Source of the DNA: a virus
Lineage: Duplodnaviria; Caudoviricetes
IMG/VR virus record: IMGVR_UViG_3300012157_000001
Location: 115,402 to 179,401 of that record
Length of the DNA: 64,000 bases
Reading direction: 5' to 3' (one strand)
The translations under genes were made by a program, and so were the position numbers. The notes beneath the pieces were generated by a model. That model ran no database searches. It saw only the letters and a list, made by a program, of their open reading frames with translations, and had not been told where the DNA came from. Positions 58,520 to 64,000 of the stretch are shown in pieces (position 1 is the first letter of the stretch; every line of letters starts with the position of its first letter).

Positions 58520-58592
58520 CTCCCGACCTCTGGACGAGGCGCGTGGTTTCCTAAACCGTGCGAGGCAGGTTCGATTCCTGCTCGGGAGACCA
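58520..58592 (+). tRNA. tRNA-Arg(CCT)
   Basis: loop TTCCTAA, short D arm, CCA. Confidence 0.8.
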
Positions 58593-58594
58593 AT

Positions 58595-58666
58595 GCCCAC
58601 TGACGCGACGGGTGTCGCGGCGCGCCTGTCACGCGCGTGAGACGGATTCGAGTTCCGTAGTGGGCG
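58595..58666 (+). tRNA. tRNA-Asp(GTC)
   Basis: loop CTGTCAC. Confidence 0.8.
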
Positions 58667-58670
58667 CTAC

Positions 58671-58738
58671 AGGCCGGCCTCTGGGAGGTGTGTGGTCTCC
58701 AAAACCGCGCTTGCTCGGTTCGATTCCGAGTCGGCCTG
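58671..58738 (+). tRNA. tRNA-Trp(CCA)
   Basis: loop CTCCAAA, short D arm. Confidence 0.8.
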
Positions 58739-58745
58739 CAAAGAC

Positions 58746-58816
58746 GGGGTCGTCGTCCAATGGGAAGACGCGACGTTCGCAACGTCGAGATGCGGGTTCG
58801 ATCCCCGCCGACTCCA
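58746..58816 (+). tRNA. tRNA-Ala(CGC)
   Basis: loop TTCGCAA, G3:U70. Confidence 0.88.
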
Positions 58817-58821
58817 CGAAT

Positions 58822-58892
58822 GGGGCCTTAGTCCAACGGGAAGACGTCGCGATGGCATCGCGAAAGTGCGGGTCCGACTCCCGCAGGCTCCA
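58822..58892 (+). tRNA. tRNA-Ala(GGC)
   Basis: loop ATGGCAT, G3:U70. Confidence 0.82.
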
Positions 58893-58899
58893 CTAACAT

Positions 58900-58974
58900 C
58901 CGGGTGAAGGCTCAAGGCGGGCCGCGTGTCTGGGGGACACGTGCGGGTTGGTTCGATTCCAATCACCCGGACCA
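58900..58974 (+). tRNA. tRNA-Pro(GGG)
   Basis: loop CTGGGGG, CCA. Confidence 0.8.
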
Positions 58975-58975
58975 T

Positions 58976-59044
58976 GGGGAGTCCGCTGGGGCGGAGTCCG
59001 GTCCTGCAAACCAGACGCGGTCGGTTCGATTCCGACACTCTCCA
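58976..59044 (+). tRNA. tRNA-Ala(TGC), C33
   Basis: acceptor GGGGAGT/ACTCTCC with G3:U70, loop CCTGCAA. Confidence 0.7.
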
Positions 59045-59111
59045 CCGACTCGCGGTTCCAGGGAGGAACTGGACGTCCAAGCCGTTCAAATCGGCAGGCC
59101 GTGAGTTCTTT

Positions 59112-59182
59112 GCCGTCATAGCTCTAAGGCGGAGCACTCCCTCGGTACGGGAGCGGGCTCGGTTCGATTCCGAGTGGCGGCT
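59112..59182 (+). tRNA. tRNA-Thr(GGT), C33
   Basis: loop TCGGTAC. Confidence 0.8.
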
Positions 59183-59187
59183 CTGAT

Positions 59188-59263
59188 GCGGGTGTCTCCT
59201 CAATGGTGAGGACGCTGCCTTCCAAGCAGATGTTGGCCGGTTCGATTCCGGTCACCCGCTCCA
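59188..59263 (+). tRNA. tRNA-Gly(TCC)
   Basis: loop CTTCCAA, CCA. Confidence 0.88.
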
Positions 59264-59265
59264 TC

Positions 59266-59337
59266 GCAGGAGAGGCCGACTGGTGAGGCACGTGCTTGCC
59301 ATGCACGTTCATGCGGGTTCGATTCCCGTCTCCTGCT
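59266..59337 (+). tRNA. tRNA-Gly(GCC)
   Basis: loop TTGCCAT. Confidence 0.85.
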
Positions 59338-59516
59338 CCGAGCTCGGCAGCGAGCTCTAGTGGGAGGCTTGCCAGGTTCTGCACGCACGAGCGTGCACAC
59401 TCGGAGCGTGGTTTATGGAACTACGCGACGCCCTTGGTTCGGTGCCATGTCCACCCCGCGAAGCCTCGGGATCTCGCCATGGAAGGGAACCCCGGGGAGA
59501 AGGCACCACAAATTCT

Positions 59517-59588
59517 GACGCGCAGTTCTGGTGAGCAAACGAGTCTGCAAAACTCGTGAGCGCGGTTCGACTCCGCGGCGCGTCTCCA
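59517..59588 (+). tRNA. tRNA-Cys(GCA)
   Basis: loop CTGCAAA, U73, CCA. Confidence 0.85.
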
Positions 59589-59596
59589 CACGTTAC

Positions 59597-59665
59597 GCCC
59601 CCGCCGACGGCTCGGCGCGCCGCCTTCTAAGCGGAGACGTGGAGGATCGACACTTCCCGGGGGCG
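59597..59665 (+). tRNA. tRNA-Arg(TCT), divergent
   Basis: loop CTTCTAA; atypical T loop. Confidence 0.65.
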
Positions 59666-59672
59666 CCTCAAT

Positions 59673-59748
59673 GTCTCGTTCGTCTAGCGGCCCAGGACAC
59701 GCGCCTCTCACGCGCGTAACGGGGGTTCGACTCCCCCACGAGACGCCA
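59673..59748 (+). tRNA. tRNA-Glu(CTC)
   Basis: loop CTCTCAC, CCA. Confidence 0.92.
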
Positions 59749-59766
59749 GTGACTGCACTGAACAGT

Positions 59767-59837
59767 GCCTCCACCCATGGACGGGTACTGCGGCTACGAA
59801 CCGCGGAAAGAGGGTTCGATTCCTTCTGGAGGCGCCA
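59767..59837 (+). tRNA. tRNA-Arg(ACG)
   Basis: loop CTACGAA, CCA. Confidence 0.82.
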
Positions 59838-59838
59838 C

Positions 59839-59908
59839 GCCCTCGCTGCCGGAAGCAGCGTCTCGGCTCCGAACCGAGAGCGCGGTGGTCCGACTCCACC
59901 CGAGGGCA
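59839..59908 (+). tRNA. tRNA-Arg(CCG)
   Basis: loop CTCCGAA. Confidence 0.78.
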
Positions 59909-59909
59909 C

Positions 59910-59990
59910 TGCGAGGATAGAGCAACGGCTGCTCGACGGGCTCATAACCCGTTGCCTTACGGCTAAGTGGGTTCAATTCCCACCCTCGCT
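59910..59990 (+). tRNA. tRNA-Met(CAT), initiator-like with extended variable arm
   Basis: GGG/CCC anticodon stem, loop CTCATAA, unpaired 1:72. Confidence 0.78.
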
Positions 59991-59993
59991 TCC

Positions 59994-60063
59994 GCCGATG
60001 ACCCATGGTGGGACGAGCGTTTCATAAGCGCTCCCGGCAGGGGTTCGAATCCCCTCATCGGCA
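59994..60063 (+). tRNA. tRNA-Met/Ile2(CAT)
   Basis: loop TTCATAA. Confidence 0.78.
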
Positions 60064-60068
60064 CGAAT

Positions 60069-60140
60069 TCCGGTCTGCCGTGGTCGGCAAGAAAGACTTT
60101 GAATCTTTCGAAGAGGGTCCGATTCCTTCGACCGGAGCCA
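60069..60140 (+). tRNA. tRNA-Gln(TTG)
   Basis: loop CTTTGAA, CCA. Confidence 0.8.
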
Positions 60141-60161
60141 TGACCTTGGTAGGATGGCGCG

Positions 60162-60416
60162 ATGCCAGCCGATCCGTTTCTCGCCGAGTTTGTGACGACG
60201 GCACTGTCGGAGCTGAGCCATAAGTCGCTCCGGCAGATCCAATTCGAGACCGCGATGGTGTGGTACGGGCGCGCGGTCGCGGCGGTGACGCTCGGAAAAA
60301 CGGCCGACGCGATCGAGTACGCGCACGAGTCGATCGAGCACGCCGCGCTCTCGGGAGACATCGGATTGCTTCAAGGCATTCGCGAAGGCCTCCGCAAGAG
60401 CGGCATCGCTCTCTAA
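60162..60416 (+). CDS. small helical hypothetical protein within the tRNA array
   Basis: fills an inter-tRNA gap; AGGA RBS. Confidence 0.6.
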   Translation: MPADPFLAEFVTTALSELSHKSLRQIQFETAMVWYGRAVAAVTLGKTADAIEYAHESIEHAALSGDIGLLQGIREGLRKSGIAL

Positions 60417-60424
60417 AGATTCAT

Positions 60425-60496
60425 CGGAGACAAGGCCCGGGGTGGGCCACTTGTTTCGGGAACAAGCGCTGGCGGGTTCGACTCCCGCGTCTCCGA
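60425..60496 (+). tRNA. tRNA-Pro(CGG)
   Basis: loop TTCGGGA. Confidence 0.82.
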
Positions 60497-60500
60497 CTAC

Positions 60501-60576
60501 GCTGGGCTCCCCGTCGGGTGACGGGCTCTCCCTCACACGGAGGTGCAGAAGGGTTCGAGTCCCTTGCCCAGTACCA
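60501..60576 (+). tRNA. tRNA-Val(CAC)
   Basis: loop CTCACAC, CCA. Confidence 0.8.
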
Positions 60577-60579
60577 TGC

Positions 60580-60659
60580 GGGCCGTGTCCTAAGCCGAAG
60601 GGTGCGTCGGCAGTCGTCTTATCAACGACCGGATCGGGGTTCGACTCCTCCGCGGCCTA
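60580..60659 (+). tRNA. tRNA-Ile(TAT), atypical D arm
   Basis: stem GTCGT/ACGAC, loop CTTATCA. Confidence 0.65.
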
Positions 60660-60667
60660 CAACAAAC

Positions 60668-60740
60668 GCTCTCGGACTGGTCCGGTAGACCGGCTCGCTC
60701 TGATAAAGCGAGTGGCTTGGTTCGACTCCAAGCGGGAGCA
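60668..60740 (+). tRNA. tRNA-Ile(GAT)
   Basis: loop CTGATAA. Confidence 0.8.
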
Positions 60741-60744
60741 CTAC

Positions 60745-60818
60745 GCGCGCCGAGTGTAGCTGGAGAAACCGCGAGCTCGACAAGCTCGATCTGCTGGGTT
60801 CGATCCCCAGGGCGCGCA
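60745..60818 (+). tRNA. tRNA-Val(GAC), C33
   Basis: stem CGAGC/GCTCG, loop TCGACAA. Confidence 0.72.
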
Positions 60819-60859
60819 CAATTCGCGTTCCGCGTCGTGATGGGTTTACGCTTCGGCGC

Positions 60860-61084
60860 ATGCCGGCGTACCCACATCCGCTCGTTGCGCTCGTCGTGGA
60901 CATTTTCGAAGAGGGCGCCGAGTACCCGATCGTTCGACACGAGTTCATCGGGAAGACGCGACAGGAAGCGGAGGGCTACTTTCGGGCGCACCAGCGGACG
61001 GATTCGTTCCTCGCTGGTTGCCTGGTGGGGCACTTCAAGAACATACGCTGCCGCACGAACATGTACTGGAAGCGGCTGCAGTGA
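60860..61084 (+). CDS. small hypothetical protein within the tRNA array
   Basis: fills an inter-tRNA gap. Confidence 0.55.
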   Translation: MPAYPHPLVALVVDIFEEGAEYPIVRHEFIGKTRQEAEGYFRAHQRTDSFLAGCLVGHFKNIRCRTNMYWKRLQ

Positions 61085-61098
61085 CTTCAGACTGATGC

Positions 61099-61187
61099 GC
61101 CGAGGTGGCGGAACCCTGGCAGACGCGCCGCGTTCAGACCGCGGTGTCCTTCGGGACGTGCAGGTTCGACTCCTGTCCTCGGTACCA
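61099..61187 (+). tRNA. tRNA-Leu(CAG)
   Basis: loop TTCAGAC, variable arm, CCA. Confidence 0.92.
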
Positions 61188-61190
61188 AAC

Positions 61191-61276
61191 GCCGACGTGT
61201 TGGAATCTCGGTAGACAAGCGGCCCTGAGATGGCCGTGCTCGTTAGAGCGTGCAGGTTCGATCCCTGTCGTCGGCA
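61191..61276 (+). tRNA. tRNA-Leu(GAG)
   Basis: loop CTGAGAT. Confidence 0.9.
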
Positions 61277-61313
61277 CCGGTTCTGTGGTAGACACGCCTG
61301 GGAAAAGGCACAA

Positions 61314-61742
61314 ATGAAGTCGCGAGCTGCTCGCCCGATAAAGTTCAGCAGGTGGTCCAAATTTGGCAGCTACGTGGCCCGCAAGGTACTGATGAGTGAC
61401 GGAAGAAACGTTACCCAGTATCAACATCGAGCCGTGATGGAAAGGCGGCTGGGAAGGAAGTTGAAGCGCTCGGAGCACGTTCACCACAAGGATGGCGACC
61501 CGTCCAACAACAGAGTCAAAAATCTGGAGCTGATCACAGCATCCGATCACGCAAAGGAACACGCTAAGAACAGACCGCCGGAAATGTTTCGCGGGATCTG
61601 TCCGGAGTGTGGTGCGCGATTCATGAGAAAGGCCCGGTGGGTGCGGAACAATCAAGGCAACCAGGGCAAAGCCGGTCCGTTCTGCGGCAAGAGATGTGCG
61701 GGTAGACACAATGCCCGAATCGGACATTCCCGTAACAGGTAA
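61314..61742 (+). CDS. HNH homing endonuclease
   Basis: YQHRAVME..LGRKL...EHVHHKDGDPSNNRVKNLEL....H; C-terminal CPEC...FCGKRC. Confidence 0.9.
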   Translation: MKSRAARPIKFSRWSKFGSYVARKVLMSDGRNVTQYQHRAVMERRLGRKLKRSEHVHHKDGDPSNNRVKNLELITASDHAKEHAKNRPPEMFRGICPECGARFMRKARWVRNNQGNQGKAGPFCGKRCAGRHNARIGHSRNR

Positions 61743-61744
61743 AC

Positions 61745-61828
61745 GCTCTCCTGGTGGAACTGGTAGTCACGCGGAGCTCAAGCCTCCGTGATCGAAAGAT
61801 CGTGCGAGTTCGACTCTCGCGGAGAGCA
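61745..61828 (+). tRNA. tRNA-Leu(CAA)
   Basis: loop CTCAAGC. Confidence 0.9.
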
Positions 61829-61832
61829 CTAC

Positions 61833-61915
61833 GCTGCCTTGGTGAAACGGAAAACACGCGGAGCTTAAGCCTCCGTGCCCGAAGGGGCTTGCGCGTTCGA
61901 CTCGCGCCGGCAGCA
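61833..61915 (+). tRNA. tRNA-Leu(TAA)
   Basis: loop CTTAAGC. Confidence 0.85.
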
Positions 61916-61978
61916 CTGATTCGCTAACGTACTCAACAACCCAGGCAGGAACCTATGCGACAACGAAGGTGAAGTCCC

Positions 61979-62515
61979 ATGTCCACGCGCACTCTTCTTC
62001 TCTCAAGCTACTACCTCCCGGTGCGGGTCCTGCACTGGCAGGACGCGATCAAGATGGTCTACGAGGGTACGGTTCGTATCGTCGTCGAGTACGACGAGAC
62101 CGTCTCGTCGCCGTCGGTGACGTGGAAGGTCCCCGCGGTGATCGCGCTCAAGCGCTCCGTGCGGAAGTACGTGAAGGGCGCGGTCAAGTTCTCGCGCCGC
62201 AACGTCTACGCGCGCGACAGCTTCAGGTGTCAGTACTGCGGTGGACACTTCTCGGAAGAAGAGCTGACGTACGACCACGTCGTGCCGAAGAGTGGCGGTG
62301 GTCGGCGGACGTGGACGAACATCGTGAGCGCGTGCCGTCCGTGCAACTCGCGGAAGGGCAACCGCTCGTGCGACGACTCCGGGATGTTTCCGCGTCGTTC
62401 GCCTCTGGAACCGAACGTGATGGAGATCCTCTCGCCGGTCATAGATCCGTCGAATGCACCGGATGAGTGGCTCGACTTCCTCGGGGGCATGACGCTCCCG
62501 GCGCGAGTGCGGTAG
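61979..62515 (+). CDS. HNH endonuclease (McrA-like)
   Basis: FSRRNVYARD..CQYCG...TYDHVVPKS.GG...WTNIVSACRPCN..KG. Confidence 0.92.
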   Translation: MSTRTLLLSSYYLPVRVLHWQDAIKMVYEGTVRIVVEYDETVSSPSVTWKVPAVIALKRSVRKYVKGAVKFSRRNVYARDSFRCQYCGGHFSEEELTYDHVVPKSGGGRRTWTNIVSACRPCNSRKGNRSCDDSGMFPRRSPLEPNVMEILSPVIDPSNAPDEWLDFLGGMTLPARVR

Positions 62516-62685
62516 GTCGCTAAGCCGTGGCAGTGACCTACCGCTTCTCGCACCGGATCGGCAAGATGCGGTGCTGCAAGTGCCGGAGCGAATTCGTCGT
62601 TCAACCCGGCGCGCACCCACACGCGGCGTGTCCGAGGTGTCAGTCGCTCTACTACGAGTGGCTCGACTATGAATCGTTCGACATT

Positions 62686-62774
62686 GGAGAGCGAACCGCG
62701 CAGGGCGCGGCGGCCGTTGGAAGCGGTCAGGACGGGATGTGAGTTCCGTTGGGGATCGAGACCTCCGCTCTCCG
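62686..62774 (+). tRNA. tRNA-Ser(GGA)
   Basis: loop TTGGAAG, long variable arm. Confidence 0.78.
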
Positions 62775-62779
62775 CAAAG

Positions 62780-62866
62780 GGATGACGCCGACCATGGTGG
62801 TCAGCTGGCCTTGAATACCAGTGGGGCGCTCGCGAGGGCGCAGCGGCTCGAAACCGTCGTCATCCG
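62780..62866 (+). tRNA. tRNA-Ser(TGA)
   Basis: loop CTTGAAT. Confidence 0.75.
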
Positions 62867-62870
62867 CTAC

Positions 62871-62956
62871 GGAACGTGAAAGCTCAGTGGTGGGCTACTG
62901 GCTTCGAACACCAGGGCACCTTCGGGTGAGCCGTTCGACTCGGCCGCGTTCCGCCA
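62871..62956 (+). tRNA. tRNA-Ser(CGA)
   Basis: loop TTCGAAC, CCA. Confidence 0.82.
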
Positions 62957-63051
62957 GTGGGAAGCGAAAAGTAGCGCTTTTGGTACAAGTGTTGCTGTCC
63001 TACTTCCACTCCCTTGCACCCCGATCCAGTGGTGCGCTAAGACAACGAACG

Positions 63052-63654
63052 ATGATCAAGAGACACCTGCTACCCGCTCTCTCTGCACTCTTGGTGCTGC
63101 TCGCCGCGCCACTCGCTACGGCGGACTCCGTGGCGTTCAGCATCACGACATTCCACTCGTTCGCGACGATCACTCCGGAGAGCGTCTCCGTCACCGTCTG
63201 TCCACACTCGGACGGGACCTATACGAACGTGCATGTAATGGGATCCGGTCCGGTAAGCTCGAACGACCCAAGGATGTCCGGCATCTTCCACGTGGATGCG
63301 ATGATTCTCACGAATGCAGTCGGCGTCGGCGTGTCGCGCGACAAGTGGACCATCACTGATGCCGTGACGGGTGCCGTGAAGGCCAAGGGTGTTGCTCAAG
63401 CACTAGACACCGACATGACGGCACCGGTGCACAGCGCCGTGACGGCTCGCCTCGCCGATGGGAGCTTCATGAGTACGCTCGCCGTAGTGACGTTGCCGTC
63501 TGCCGCAACCGGAGGCCTCATCACCGTCGAGTACGGAGGCCCAGTAGCGACGGACCCCGGTCGTGGGGTCATCATCAGTCGCGATTGCGGCGGTTACTTC
63601 GCCGCGGATCGTCGGGGCTACCGAGCGATCCGAGACAACGACAACGACGACTGA
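63052..63654 (+). CDS. secreted beta-rich hypothetical protein
   Basis: Sec signal peptide MIKRHLLPALSALLVLLAAPLATA. Confidence 0.7.
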   Translation: MIKRHLLPALSALLVLLAAPLATADSVAFSITTFHSFATITPESVSVTVCPHSDGTYTNVHVMGSGPVSSNDPRMSGIFHVDAMILTNAVGVGVSRDKWTITDAVTGAVKAKGVAQALDTDMTAPVHSAVTARLADGSFMSTLAVVTLPSAATGGLITVEYGGPVATDPGRGVIISRDCGGYFAADRRGYRAIRDNDNDD

Positions 63655-63661
63655 TTCGCCT

Positions 63662-63747
63662 GGAAGCTGAATCCCACATGGGTGGGAGCTCCGTTGCTAG
63701 CGGATGCGACGTCGCAAGGCGTTGGGGATCGAGACCTCCGGCTTCCG
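63662..63747 (+). tRNA. tRNA-Ser(GCT)
   Basis: loop TTGCTAG. Confidence 0.78.
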
Positions 63748-63754
63748 CTGTTTC

Positions 63755-63826
63755 GCCGCTGCCTCCGGGGAGGTGCGCCTGTTTGTACCTGGTGCTTGGC
63801 CGGTTCGACTCCGGCTGGCGGCTCCA
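63755..63826 (+). tRNA. tRNA-Thr(TGT)
   Basis: loop TTTGTAC, CCA; weak anticodon stem. Confidence 0.7.
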
Positions 63827-63868
63827 AAAAGTTGCGATGGTCGAGTAGAGGGACGTACCGTTCCAGTC

Positions 63869-64000
63869 ATGATCCTGCAAGGTCTAGGCAAAGGCGGCGG
63901 CGGCGGTGGTCGTGGAGGTGGCGGCGGATTTCGCGGCGGCGGCGGTGGTGGACGTGGAGGTGGCGGCGGATTTCGCGGCGGCGGCGGTGGTGGACGTGGA
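63869..64000 (+). CDS. RGG/Gly-rich protein (partial, runs off the window)
   Basis: MILQGLGKGGGGGGRGGGGGFRGG...; 42-bp tandem repeat; promoter motif upstream. Confidence 0.6.
   Translation, partial: MILQGLGKGGGGGGRGGGGGFRGGGGGGRGGGGGFRGGGGGGRG

Noticed and set aside
58976-59044. Second tRNA-Cys (CTGCAAA)
   Set aside because: Register gives TGC and the acceptor has G3:U70 and A73, so Ala.
57129-60759. ORFs overlapping the tRNA genes
   Set aside because: Explained by tRNA sequence; only gap-filling ORFs were kept.

Overview
High-GC (roughly two-thirds G+C by eye) segment of a large bacteriophage or phage-like element. No host housekeeping operons, capsid or terminase gene are recognisable here. 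Left arm (mostly minus strand): ASCH, MoxR-type ATPase plus VWA/HExxH partner, Gly-rich and collagen-like proteins inside a glycosyl-/methyl-/sulfotransferase cluster, an amidase endolysin, NUDIX, membrane proteins and an SNF2 helicase. Centre: a minimal type V CRISPR locus. It has a Cas12m-like (V-U1/V-M) protein whose RuvC catalytic residues are substituted and whose C-terminal Zn-finger/RuvC-III part appears missing. Its 22-repeat array is bipartite: 14 ordinary 33-38 nt spacers, then a distal block of compact units that keep every pairing element of the repeat but have only about 9-16 nt spacers. This locus is the best candidate for an undescribed system, namely RNA-guided silencing with hard-wired mini-guides. 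Right arm (plus strand): YqaJ/RecT, initiator with internal iterons, DnaC-like loader, DnaB, modular fibre-like proteins, tmRNA, a dead RuvC-like protein, a large coiled-coil protein, and about 42 tRNAs covering all 20 amino acids with boxB/boxA elements, tRNA remnants and HNH genes. All calls come from reading motifs by eye; no database search was run.
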